A stretch of 37,149 nucleotides of DNA, taken from contig JAISRI010000213.1 of the NCBI GenBank assembly GCA_031273735.1, positions 1 to 37,149 of the forward strand, written 5' to 3'. The stretch is from Helicobacteraceae bacterium. Lineage in GTDB: Bacteria; Campylobacterota; Campylobacteria; Campylobacterales; SZUA-545. The notes beneath the pieces were generated by a model. The model saw nothing but the letters and a program-made list of their open reading frames with translations, ran no database searches and was not told where the DNA came from. The position numbers were made by a program, and so were the translations under genes. This document shows, in pieces, positions 23,087-32,272 of this stretch (positions within the stretch are counted from its first letter, which is position 1; each line of letters starts with the position of its first letter).

Positions 23087-24813
23087 ACGATATTATCTTG
23101 AATCCGCGCCTCCGCGTCTGGCAACGCGCTTTTTAGGCGATCGATAATCGCTTGAGCGCCGTTTTCTTCCAATGGAGCGAAACGCGCCGCAATAGTCCGC
23201 CCTTCAAAATCCAGCTTTTCCAGCCTTGCGCTTTGCGAAAGCGAAAACAGTTTAGCCAGGGTTTCTCTAAGCCCTCGTTGCGCGGCGGCGATCTGATTTA
23301 ATCTGCGCTCTATGCTCTCTAACTGCATCTGCGTCGCGGGCAGTTTAGAGCGTTCCAAGATCGCTACGCGTTCGCTATTAAGGGCGTTCGCGGCGCTTGT
23401 CATTCTGAAAATATCGATCGCGATCGAACCTATCAAAAGCAGTAGAAACGAAGCCGCCGCCCAAAAACGTTTTTGCGGTATATCGCCCGTTTCTTCCGAT
23501 CGCGAAAGAGCGAAACTCGGCGCGCTCAAAGCGCGGGGCGTTTCGTCGAATCGCTTCGCGTTCGCGGCGAATTTTATCGGCAACGTTACCCAAGCGCCCT
23601 CGATAAAACTAAGCGCAAAATTATTTGAAAGCTCGATTGGCGAGTCGATCGCATCGAGTGCGCTTTGGGCGAAATAGACCCGCGAAATCTGCAAGAGATC
23701 AAGCCCCTGTTCATTTAACCTCCGCGCTATGTCGCTTGGATCGCAGGCGATAAATCCCCAGCCGTTTTCCTCGCGAAAAGCAAAATAGCGATAGTCGCCT
23801 TCGGGAATCCAACCAAAAAAGATCGACGCGGCGAAACGCTTGGCGGCGCGACGGCTCTTAAAGGGCGCGTCGGAGCGTTTATACCAGTAGTAGGCGGGCG
23901 AAAGCACGACGCTAATTTTGCTCTGCGCGCTGAAAAATCGCAGATCGGGATGCGCCAAAATAAGCGGGGTTTTGGCGCGATCAAATAGCGATTTCGCGCC
24001 TTTCAAAAGCGTCTCTTTTGAAAACGTTACGCGCTCTCGCGGCGCGGTTAGCGGCATAGATCGCTTTTTGGGCGTTTTTTCTTTTTCTAGCGGCGGCGTT
24101 TTTTCTTTCGCCGCTTGTTTAACGAAGGTAAAAGGCAGCGATCCAACAATCAAGATCGCGGCGCCCGCGCCGAAAAATATAGCGCACAGAGCGCGATCGG
24201 AGATAAAAACAAGCCCCGCGAAAAACGCGCCGCAAGCCGCGCCAAGAGCGATCGGGATAAGTTTGCGCTCCTGCGAAAACGCCTTAGCCAAAAATAGAAT
24301 CCACGAAAGCGCGTAGATCGCCGCCGCGCCTTTTGGAACGCCCAAAACGGCGTCGCCAAAGCCGTATTCAAGCGTAGCCGCCGCGCCGATCGCGTAGGGG
24401 CTGACGCTTAATAAGACGATCAAAAACAGCGCGATCGCCGCGCACAAAAGCCGCAAAATCCCCTCGGCAGACCAGATCGGACGTTCGCTAAAAAACGCCA
24501 TTCCAAGATTTACGATCGGAAGCAGGTGCCAGCCGAGCGCTTTAACGCACTCTAAAGAGGCGTTTTCCATTCGCCCGCCGACGATCAGCCAAAAGAGCGC
24601 GATCGCGAAAAACGCGGCGCAGGCGATCGACGATTTCTGCAAAACCGCCCCAAAAATGATCGCAATCGCAAGGGCGATCGCCGCGCAGAAGACCGCCAAA
24701 TCGGGCGCGATTGGAGTTACGCCGATTGTGTGAGAGTAGGCGAGCGTCGCGCTTAAAACGACGATCAAAAGCGGAGGTATAAACGATATAAAGATATGCT
24801 TTAGCGCGCTCAA
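23065..24813 (-). CDS. Polytopic membrane domain fused to a GspL-like module
   Basis: 582 aa. aa 1-235 contain about 7 hydrophobic helices, followed by a Lys/Pro linker. Then come a soluble domain of about 180 aa, one TM helix (FWAAASFLLLLIGSIAIDIF) and a coiled C-terminal domain of about 110 aa. That second half has GspL-like topology. Confidence 0.35.
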   Translation of the reverse strand: MSALKHIFISFIPPLLIVVLSATLAYSHTIGVTPIAPDLAVFCAAIALAIAIIFGAVLQKSSIACAAFFAIALFWLIVGGRMENASLECVKALGWHLLPIVNLGMAFFSERPIWSAEGILRLLCAAIALFLIVLLSVSPYAIGAAATLEYGFGDAVLGVPKGAAAIYALSWILFLAKAFSQERKLIPIALGAACGAFFAGLVFISDRALCAIFFGAGAAILIVGSLPFTFVKQAAKEKTPPLEKEKTPKKRSMPLTAPRERVTFSKETLLKGAKSLFDRAKTPLILAHPDLRFFSAQSKISVVLSPAYYWYKRSDAPFKSRRAAKRFAASIFFGWIPEGDYRYFAFREENGWGFIACDPSDIARRLNEQGLDLLQISRVYFAQSALDAIDSPIELSNNFALSFIEGAWVTLPIKFAANAKRFDETPRALSAPSFALSRSEETGDIPQKRFWAAASFLLLLIGSIAIDIFRMTSAANALNSERVAILERSKLPATQMQLESIERRLNQIAAAQRGLRETLAKLFSLSQSARLEKLDFEGRTIAARFAPLEENGAQAIIDRLKSALPDAEARIQDNIVWAAIKW

Positions 24814-24931
24814 CGCAATCCTTGCGAAACGATATAATTAGCTTAGATTTTAGCCAAATGCGCCTCAACGCGTAAGCGCGACGACGCTATAATGAGGCTA
24901 TTAAGCCGCTTGCGGCAAGAAGGGGGACGTT

Positions 24932-25339
24932 ATGAAGCTTCTACGATTGGCGCTAACGTTTGTATTGGCGCTATTTTCGCTCTCTTGCTCAAAAACGTTT
25001 ATCGTTTTTGACGAGAAAAGCGCCGAAAGCGATCGGGCGCATCTTGTTTTCGAGACGACGATGGGGGGCGGGACGCTCGAGGCGAAAAGTTACAACGGAC
25101 AGAAGGTTTCGTGGGAATCGTCGTTCGCGGGAACCGACGTAGCGATCAAAGCGGGCGAAACGCGATTGATTTTCGACGGTACCGTTTGGCAGGGAGGCAG
25201 AGGGTATTTCGCCAAAGATTTAAGCATTGATTATAACTTTGAGAAAGGCAAAACCTACTACATATTCTTCGATCTCGTAGGTTTCAAATTTGAATATTAC
25301 ATAACGGACGAAAACAAAAACAGGCTCCGCTCTTGGTAA
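24932..25339 (+). CDS. Small secreted/lipoprotein-like protein, paralog A
   Basis: Signal sequence ending LSCSKTFIVFDE. It shares YNG.KVSWES...G...IKAG.T.L and KGK.Y.I.F with the next gene. Confidence 0.6.
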   Translation: MKLLRLALTFVLALFSLSCSKTFIVFDEKSAESDRAHLVFETTMGGGTLEAKSYNGQKVSWESSFAGTDVAIKAGETRLIFDGTVWQGGRGYFAKDLSIDYNFEKGKTYYIFFDLVGFKFEYYITDENKNRLRSW

Positions 25340-25470
25340 GCGCCGCTTAGATGACGCTTAGCAAAATGCGAAGGCAAGACATAAATCCTGTTGCGGCGGT
25401 TTTGTTCATTTTTAAGGCGAAATTTGATAGGATTGCAAGTTTAACGCCTAAATCGCAAAGGTAGAACGCT

Positions 25471-25923
25471 ATGAAAAAAACGCTTTGGTTTTTTATCCCT
25501 ATCGTTACTTTTTTTATGCTCTCATGCTCAAAAACTTATATCGTTTTTGACCAAGACGTATCGGAAGAGCAGACGGCAAAAGTTATTCTTGTAGATACGC
25601 TATCGGGCGGTTGGCTCACAGTTACCGATTACAATGGTAAAGAGGTTTCGTGGAGTTCGACGCTCGAAGGAAGCGGCGCGTCTATCAAAGCGGGAAAGAC
25701 TATGCTCGTATTAAAAATCGGAGATCCGAGCAATCCCGATTTGTATTCTCCAGATTCGTATTCCATAGAGAATCTAGGGCTTAATTACGAGTATGAGAAA
25801 GGCAAATTATATTTCATTGTTTTCAGCGTAACCGATAAGGTGGCAAGAATCTCGGTTCAGAATGAAAAAAGAGAAGAGCTCGAAAGTTTTTCGTGGGGAG
25901 CCGGTTCATTCCGTCGAAAATAA
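25471..25923 (+). CDS. Small secreted/lipoprotein-like protein, paralog B
   Basis: Signal sequence ending LSCSKTYIVFDQ. It is paralogous to 24932-25339 and visibly AT-richer. Confidence 0.6.
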   Translation: MKKTLWFFIPIVTFFMLSCSKTYIVFDQDVSEEQTAKVILVDTLSGGWLTVTDYNGKEVSWSSTLEGSGASIKAGKTMLVLKIGDPSNPDLYSPDSYSIENLGLNYEYEKGKLYFIVFSVTDKVARISVQNEKREELESFSWGAGSFRRK

Positions 25924-25938
25924 GATCGCAAACCTCTT

Positions 25939-25975
25939 GTTAAAAACGGATCGAACAAAACGAGAACAAATAATC
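25939..25975 (+). repeat. Direct repeat copy 1 (duplicate of the 3' end of the AI-2E gene)
   Basis: GTTAAAAACGGATCGAACAAAACGAGAACAAATAATC compared with GTTAAAAACGATCGAGCAAAACGAGAACAAATAATC at 27235-27270. Confidence 0.8.
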
Positions 25976-26218
25976 TATCGCATTTACGCGCCGCCGACGG
26001 CAATCATATTTTCTGCGAGGCGGCGCGAAGAATAAGGTTTCTGGAGCGCTAAGAGCGATACTTTTGGATCAGCGGATTTTGAAAACCGTCTTTGACAATG
26101 CAAGACCGCCGTATTGCGGCATAGAGCGTATAATCGCGCTTTTTTGCCTTATAAAGAATCGGGCTGGAATAATACCGATAGCGCGCGAGGAGCCGCAAGC
26201 TAAGTTTGGGAAATTTTG

Positions 26219-27268
26219 ATGAATAGTAATCGATTTTTTTTGTTATGCGTATTGTTGATAACGTTATATTTAATGTTCCGACTATATCTGCCGTTTTTAG
26301 TAGATATTACGATCGCTTCGTTGCTTGCTATCGCTATGTCTAGCGTGAATCTTTATATCAAAAAAATCGTTAAGTATTCGTTTTTTTCCTCTATACTGAC
26401 TACAACGATTTTGCTCTTGTTGTTTTTCGCTCCAATTAGCTATGTCGTAACGACGGCGACAAACCTAATTCACTTTGACGCGAATCCAATAGAAAAAATC
26501 GTTCAATATATCTCCGCGATCGATCTGTCGCTACCAGAATCGATGGACTTCATAAAACCGAATATTGAAGAGTATTTAGACGAAGCGAAAATCTCATCGG
26601 CTTTTGTGTCTTTTGCGAGAGCTATGGGAGAAAAAAGCGCGGGATTTATAAAAGATATGGCGTTAATAGTTATATTCTTCTTTTTCGCCACCTATTACGG
26701 TAAAAATCTCGCGGTTTATTTTCAGGGCGTTTTGCCTATGAATAAAAAAGAGGCGAGCGATATATTTTTTGAAGTGGCAAACGTTATGAGCGTCGTATTT
26801 TATTCGATCATATTAACGGCTGTATTGGAAGGCATACTCTTTTCTTTTATCGGCGCGGCTTATGGATACGATCCGCTTTTGTTGGGGATTTTATACGGGT
26901 TTGCCTCTTTAGTTCCCGTCGTCGGAGGCGCGCTTATATGGGCGCCTATAGCTTTAATAGAGCTTTCTAACGGCAATACGGTTTCCGCCGTAATTATAGC
27001 GGTTTATTCGTTTATCGGCATTGGATTGGTAGATAACTTTGTTAAACCGATCATTATTAAATACGTTAATCAGCTTTTAGTCAAAACCCCCGTTTATTTT
27101 AACGAGCTTTTGATCTTTTTTTCGATTATTGCTGGGCTTGCCTCGTTCGGTTTTTGGGGTATGATATTAGGTCCAGCGATCACGACGTTTTTCATCTCTT
27201 TATTAAAACTTTATCGATCGATAAAAGAAAGCTCGTTAAAAACGATCGAGCAAAACGAGAACAAATAA
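26219..27268 (+). CDS. AI-2E family transporter (PerM/YhhT-like permease)
   Basis: About 349 aa and polytopic. A conserved C-terminal half (VPVVGGALIWAPIAL...FVKPIIIK...FFSIIAGLASFGFWGMILGPAI) is typical of PF01594. ATG 26219 lies one codon inside the TTG start used in the track. Confidence 0.8.
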   Translation: MNSNRFFLLCVLLITLYLMFRLYLPFLVDITIASLLAIAMSSVNLYIKKIVKYSFFSSILTTTILLLLFFAPISYVVTTATNLIHFDANPIEKIVQYISAIDLSLPESMDFIKPNIEEYLDEAKISSAFVSFARAMGEKSAGFIKDMALIVIFFFFATYYGKNLAVYFQGVLPMNKKEASDIFFEVANVMSVVFYSIILTAVLEGILFSFIGAAYGYDPLLLGILYGFASLVPVVGGALIWAPIALIELSNGNTVSAVIIAVYSFIGIGLVDNFVKPIIIKYVNQLLVKTPVYFNELLIFFSIIAGLASFGFWGMILGPAITTFFISLLKLYRSIKESSLKTIEQNENK

Positions 27269-27270
27269 TC
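27235..27270 (+). repeat. Direct repeat copy 2 (authentic 3' end of the AI-2E gene)
   Basis: See copy 1. It covers the last 11 codons or so plus the stop. Confidence 0.8.
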
Positions 27271-27275
27271 CGCCG

Positions 27276-28444
27276 CTAGGCTATCTTAAACGTTTTTGAC
27301 GTTGTTCTTATTTCGTCGCTATTATGGTTTTTTACCTCTTCTAAATAGGAGTATTTATGTTCGCAAAACAATGTTTTATCAAGGCTTGCCAATCTGTCTA
27401 TCGTCGTTTGAATCGCCTTTTTTGATTTATCTACGCCGATCCAATTTCTGCTTAGCTCTTGCGCGGCGGCTAACGTAACGCCCGAACCGCAGAAAAAATC
27501 AAGAACGATACTGTTTTCATTTGAAGAGGCTTTGATAATTGTCTTTAATAGCTCTATATTTTTTTCCGTAGGATAAGTCGGATATTGATAATCTTTAAAC
27601 TCCCATATATCCTGCATTTTCTTTCCTTCTCTTTCGTCCGCGTAAATAATTTTTCTTGGATTGCCGTTTCTCGACCACTCGATAAGCCCGTTTTTGTCTA
27701 GCTCCTCAAGCTCTTTTGGATTGCAACGCCAATGCCTGCCTTTAGGCGGATTAAGCCCTTTGAACTGCGTTGAGGTTGCGCCGTTTTGCGTTTCTCCGGG
27801 CGCGTGTAGCGGTATGGTAGTATATGCCCTTTGTTTTTATCGATCTTCTTAAATAATTTTGTTTTATCGCTATCGCTAAAAGATATTTTCGGATCGTTCC
27901 ATATCGGATTTTTTGATTTGGAATAAAAAAGTATCATATCTTTAATGTTTCCATACGCTTTTCTATCAAAGTTTTTAGGATTGCATTTGATCCTTGTTAT
28001 GTCGTTGCGAAAATTATCGATTCCAAACGCTTCGTCCATAATTATTTTTACGTAATGACCTATTTTATAATCAATATGCAAATAGATAGAGCCTTGTTCG
28101 GATAATAACTCTCTAGCGATAATTAAGCGCTCGCGCAGATACTCTATAAACCGAAAACCTTTTTTATCGTCGATATAAGCAATATCGTCGTTTGCGCTTT
28201 TGCTGATCGTGCTTACCCGATCGCCGCCGATAGTATATTTATTATTTGTGGAAAACGGCGGATCGATATAAATTAAGTCTATTTTATTTTCAAACTGATA
28301 TGTTTTTCGTAACGCCTGTAAAACATACAAATTATCGCCTTCAATAAGCAAATTTTTGGCGTTTATATTACGATTAAATTCGCATTCTGGGGTATTCTCT
28401 AATATCTCAGTTTTAGATTTCTTGCCGCTGTAATACAGTTCCAT
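27276..28444 (-). pseudogene. Beta-class N6A/N4C DNA methyltransferase, split by a single -1 frameshift
   Basis: The N-terminal ORF carries motif IV (IYIDPPF). The C-terminal ORF carries motif I (LDFFCGSGVT). Reading frame +2 from about 27830 gives YTTIPLHAPGETQNG...PPKGRHWRCNPKELEELDKNGLIEWSRNGNPRKIIY...MQDIWEF, continuous with the second ORF. The total span is 1169 nt, one short of a multiple of 3. The shift is in AAAAACAAAGGG (plus-strand 27827-27838). Confidence 0.75.
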
Positions 28445-28491
28445 AATTATACTTCAGATCGAGTATAAAAACTCTCTCAATAATAACGCGC

Positions 28492-29235
28492 TCAATATAT
28501 TATGATCGGAGTATTTATTCGCAATATCTTTATACATTTTAGTATTGCCTTGATATACAAAACTCCGTCTAATATCGCAACCGTAATCGCTTTAACCGAT
28601 TTGTCGGTTATTGTGCTTATAGCGTCGGCAAATTGCGCGTTTTGATGCCCTCCGAAATCCGTAAAAAACTTTGCCTCGCCAATAACGTATCTCTTATTAA
28701 ATCTTGCGACAAAATCCAATCCTTTATCGCGGGAATAGTTTAAATTGATCGCGCACCAGCGCTTCATATCCGCGTCGGAAGCGTCTAAAACGGCGTTTCT
28801 ATCGGTTTGCTGAAACTCTTCAAGCCCGATCGGTCGTATGCCTAACGCTCCGCTTGAAAGCCAACGCTTAAATAAAGGACCTATTTGCCTATTTGTTTCT
28901 TTCGCTTCCGAACATTTTTCAAATATCTTATCCAAACCCATTTCGTATAATCTGCCGCATAGACGAGAGATTGTATTCGGATTCCGCTCTAGCGCGCCGC
29001 GATCGCGCTTTAGATACGCGACGTAAGAATCTTTGATCGGAAATAGCTTTAATTTGAGAAGCTGCGTTATTAGGTTGATATTATCGCGCCCGTTAAAACA
29101 TTTTTCTATATTTGCCCATCTCTCTTCGTCAATATCGCGTATCCCCTCCGGTATTGTCGGATATATCTTAAAAAGTTCGTCTAAATAATTTCGCTGATTT
29201 GCAAACTCTACGCTTAAGCGCGTCCAATGGTTCAT
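28492..29235 (-). CDS. Candidate type II restriction endonuclease (PD-(D/E)xK-like), possibly frameshifted near its 3' end
   Basis: It sits directly upstream of the methyltransferase. GLDFVARFNKRYVIGEAKFFTDFGGHQN fits a D...E-x-K nuclease core. The last 24 aa (YIKAILKCIKILRINTPIIIY) look out of frame. An alternative frame from about 28560 reads VYQGNTKMYKDIANKYSDHNILSALLLREFLYSI and stops at 28454, 9 nt before the MTase ATG. Confidence 0.45.
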   Translation of the reverse strand: MNHWTRLSVEFANQRNYLDELFKIYPTIPEGIRDIDEERWANIEKCFNGRDNINLITQLLKLKLFPIKDSYVAYLKRDRGALERNPNTISRLCGRLYEMGLDKIFEKCSEAKETNRQIGPLFKRWLSSGALGIRPIGLEEFQQTDRNAVLDASDADMKRWCAINLNYSRDKGLDFVARFNKRYVIGEAKFFTDFGGHQNAQFADAISTITDKSVKAITVAILDGVLYIKAILKCIKILRINTPIIIY

Positions 29236-29311
29236 AGTTTTTTCTTTTTATTGGCGTTGCGTTTCATTACGCCATTCTAATCAGAAGTTTATAAAAGCGA
29301 AAGCGTCAAAG

Positions 29312-30307
29312 CTATCTAATTCCGCCAAAACGCGCTAGAGCGCTACCCCAAGTCAGTCCGCCGCCAAAAGCGTCGAGTAGCATTAGATCGCCCGTTTTTA
29401 GGCGACCTTCCTCATAAACGTCGTTGATCGCCATAGGAATCGACGCGGCGCTTGTGTTGCCGTAGCGATCGATTGTCAAAACGACCTGATCGTCGCTTAA
29501 ACCGAGAGCTTCGCCGACCGCTTTTATAATACGCAGATTGGCTTGGTGGGGGATAAAATGGACAATTTGCGAGGCTTTAAGATTGTTGCGCGCCAAAATC
29601 TCGATTACGTCGTTCGTCAGAGCGCGAACGGCGAGCTTAAAGGTTTCGTTGCCTTTCATCTGCATATACGGCTTGTGCGGCTTGCCTTCGCGGATCGGAT
29701 TTTTACTGCCGCCCTCTATAAAAAGGTTATCCCAACCCGTCCCGTCGCTAGAGATTTTAACGTCGACAATCGCCCTAGCGGGATCGTCCGTCGCGCCTAT
29801 AACCGCCGCGCCCGCGCCGTCGCCAAAAAGCACGCATACGGAGCGATCGGAGTAGTCCATAAAGCGGCTGGAGGCTTCCGCGCCGACGATTAAAACGTTG
29901 CTTGCCATACCCGATTCAACGTAGGCTTTAGCGGACGAGAGCGCGTAGATAAAACCGCTACAAGCCGCCAAAACGTCGAAAGCGGGGATATTTTTCATAC
30001 CCAATTTGCCCGCTAAAACCGCCGCCGTAGATGGCATAAAGAGAAAATCGCCGGAGAGCGTCGCTACGATAAGCATATCTATATCGCTCGCGTTCAGTCC
30101 CGCGCGTTCGATCGCCTTTTTTGCAGCGACGAAGCCCAAATCGCTTGCCGCTTCGTCCTCCGCCGCTATACGCCGCTCTTTTATTCCCGTTCGTTTGACG
30201 ATCCACTCTTCGCTAGTATCGACAATCTTTTCAAGATCGGCGTTGGTCAGTCGCTTTTGCGGCGAATACGCGCCGATCGATAGCATCGAGGCGTATATTT
30301 TGCTCAA
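29312..30307 (-). CDS. fabH: 3-oxoacyl-ACP synthase III
   Basis: 331 aa. It has the active-site Cys context ([14 protein letters not shown]) plus HQAN and GNTSAASIP motifs. Confidence 0.93.
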   Translation of the reverse strand: MSKIYASMLSIGAYSPQKRLTNADLEKIVDTSEEWIVKRTGIKERRIAAEDEAASDLGFVAAKKAIERAGLNASDIDMLIVATLSGDFLFMPSTAAVLAGKLGMKNIPAFDVLAACSGFIYALSSAKAYVESGMASNVLIVGAEASSRFMDYSDRSVCVLFGDGAGAAVIGATDDPARAIVDVKISSDGTGWDNLFIEGGSKNPIREGKPHKPYMQMKGNETFKLAVRALTNDVIEILARNNLKASQIVHFIPHQANLRIIKAVGEALGLSDDQVVLTIDRYGNTSAASIPMAINDVYEEGRLKTGDLMLLDAFGGGLTWGSALARFGGIR

Positions 30308-31326
30308 TCGCCGCCTTTTGGAGAGAAGCGATCAAGATTTTGCAAGATCAGCGAATTAACGTCCGATTCGATATAACGAATCGCGTTCAAGCAGGCGTTT
30401 TTAATCGCTTTTGGCGTGCTTTTTCCATGACTGATAAACGCCGATCCATTCACGCCGACTAAAGGCGCGCCGCCGTATTCGTCGTAATCCATACTTTTTT
30501 TAAGCGTTTTGAAGGCGGGTTTTAAAAGCAAGCCGCCGAACTTGCGCAAAAGCGTCTTTTTCGCGTTTTCTTTGATCACGTCGACAATCGCTTTGGCTAA
30601 ACCTTCGCTGGTTTTCAAAAGCGCGTTGCCTACGAAACCGTCGCACACGATCACGTCGAAATTTCCGCTAAAAATATCGCCGCCCTCCGCGTTACCCGCG
30701 AAGTTAAAGCCCTTTTCGCGGGCGGCTTTGAGTAGCGCGAAGCTACCTTTGACGAGTTTATCGCCTTTGCTATCCTCTTCGCCGTTTGATAAAAGCGCGA
30801 CCCTTGGATTGTCGATTTTAAGTAGGTTTTTGGCGTACGCGTGTCCCATAATCGCCGATTGAAATAGATGCTTTGGTTCAGAATCCACATTTGCGCCCAC
30901 GTCCAGCACAAGCGTATGCTTGCCTTCGATCGAGGTGGGCATAAGCGTGGCGATCGCGGGACGCGAAACGCCTTTAAGCCGTCCGATCTTCAGCGTGGCA
31001 AGGCTCATCGTCGCGCCGCTATGCCCTGCGGAGACGACCGCGTCGGCTTCTTTTTTTGCGACGAGATCCACGGCTTTATAGATCGAGCTTTCTTTGCGTT
31101 TGAGCGCGTCGGTAGCGTGATCGCCCATTGCGATCGCCTCGCTTGTTTCGACGATCTTGACCCTGTTATGTAGCCTAGTCGGCAATTCGGCTAGTATCGC
31201 GGCGCGATCGCCAACCAAAATCGCTTCAAAATCGGCGACTCCTAAAGCCTGCGCCGCGCCCGCCACAATCGGCGGAGCGCCAAAATCGCCGCCGATGGCG
31301 TCGATTGCGACCCTGACCTTGCCCAC
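30304..31326 (-). CDS. plsX: Phosphate acyltransferase PlsX
   Basis: 340 aa. Sequence includes [12 protein letters not shown]...SAGHSGA...[16 protein letters not shown]...[12 protein letters not shown] start lies 4 nt after the rpmF stop. Confidence 0.92.
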   Translation of the reverse strand: MGKVRVAIDAIGGDFGAPPIVAGAAQALGVADFEAILVGDRAAILAELPTRLHNRVKIVETSEAIAMGDHATDALKRKESSIYKAVDLVAKKEADAVVSAGHSGATMSLATLKIGRLKGVSRPAIATLMPTSIEGKHTLVLDVGANVDSEPKHLFQSAIMGHAYAKNLLKIDNPRVALLSNGEEDSKGDKLVKGSFALLKAAREKGFNFAGNAEGGDIFSGNFDVIVCDGFVGNALLKTSEGLAKAIVDVIKENAKKTLLRKFGGLLLKPAFKTLKKSMDYDEYGGAPLVGVNGSAFISHGKSTPKAIKNACLNAIRYIESDVNSLILQNLDRFSPKGGD

Positions 31327-31330
31327 AGAC

Positions 31331-31486
31331 TTACGACTTTTTAAGTTCGCAAGATGGGCAGAGATGGTGCGGGAGCTTATACGCGCCGCACTTTTTACAT
31401 TTAACGGGCGCGCTAAGCGCGATTTTATAGTGCGTCCGCCGTTTCGCGGCGCGAGTATGGGAAACTCTTCTCTTTGGAACTGCCAT
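31331..31486 (-). CDS. rpmF: 50S ribosomal protein L32
   Basis: It is not in the ORF track because it is under 60 aa. Hand translation gives [51 protein letters not shown]. An SD (AAAGGAGAT) lies upstream. Confidence 0.88.
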   Translation of the reverse strand: MAVPKRRVSHTRAAKRRTHYKIALSAPVKCKKCGAYKLPHHLCPSCELKKS

Positions 31487-31499
31487 TTTAATCTCCTTT

Positions 31500-31859
31500 T
31501 TAGTTGTTCGCCTTACAGCGTTCGCAACGGTGATAATCGCATTTGATCGACGCGATTTCGCCGCGCAAAATCTCTTTGCAATCGATTACGTCCTCGCATT
31601 CTATTATCGCCTCTTCTATCTTTTCGCTCTCGCCGTCAAAAACGCCTTCGCATAGAGCCAACTTAATCTCTTCATTTAAATTGCAATCATACTCTTCCGC
31701 GCATAGATCGCAGTTTAATCTAACTTTTCCCGTAAGTCTGCCCGAAAAAAAGGCAAGATCTTTCGACCCTCTTTTTAGCTCGCCCTCTAAAAGCGCTTCG
31801 CCGATCGCTACTTTAACGGCGATCGGCGCGAAGCCGAGCCTTGAAAAAGGAACGCGCAT
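31500..31859 (-). CDS. DUF177 (YceD-like) protein
   Basis: 119 aa. It has a Cys-rich pattern (CDLCAEEY...C.RCK) and occupies the conserved position upstream of rpmF-plsX. Confidence 0.7.
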   Translation of the reverse strand: MRVPFSRLGFAPIAVKVAIGEALLEGELKRGSKDLAFFSGRLTGKVRLNCDLCAEEYDCNLNEEIKLALCEGVFDGESEKIEEAIIECEDVIDCKEILRGEIASIKCDYHRCERCKANN

Positions 31860-32272
31860 TATAAAATTTCAAACGCCCCAAAAAGTTGCGCGATTTCAAT
31901 TCGCGCGTTTTCTGCGCTGTCGCTACCATGAACGGCGTTAGCGTCGATCGATTCGGCGAAATCGGCGCGAATCGTGCCGCTTTTAGCCTCTTTCGGATTG
32001 GTCGCGCCCATCAGTTCGCGGTTTTTGGCGACGGCGTTTTCGCCCTCCAAAACTATCGCGACGATTGGCGCGCTCGTCATAAACTCGACCAAATCTTTAA
32101 AAAACGGACGGCTTTTATGAATCGCGTAAAACGCTTCGGCGTTTTGGCGCGAAAGCCAAACCTTTTTTAGCGCCGCGATCCTTAGCCCGTTTGATTCAAA
32201 ACGATCAATAATCTTGCCTATAACGCCTTTTTTTACCGCGTCTGGTTTTATGATCGATAGGGTTTTTTCCAT
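31859..32272 (-). CDS. ndk: Nucleoside diphosphate kinase
   Basis: [29 protein letters not shown]...NAVHGSDS. 137 aa. Confidence 0.93.
   Translation of the reverse strand: MEKTLSIIKPDAVKKGVIGKIIDRFESNGLRIAALKKVWLSRQNAEAFYAIHKSRPFFKDLVEFMTSAPIVAIVLEGENAVAKNRELMGATNPKEAKSGTIRADFAESIDANAVHGSDSAENARIEIAQLFGAFEIL

Noticed and set aside
26092-26134. Perfect TTGACA and TATAAT hexamers upstream of the AI-2E gene
   Set aside because: The spacer is 31 nt, which is incompatible with a single sigma70 promoter. The TATAAT alone may still act as a -10, but I cannot support a promoter call.
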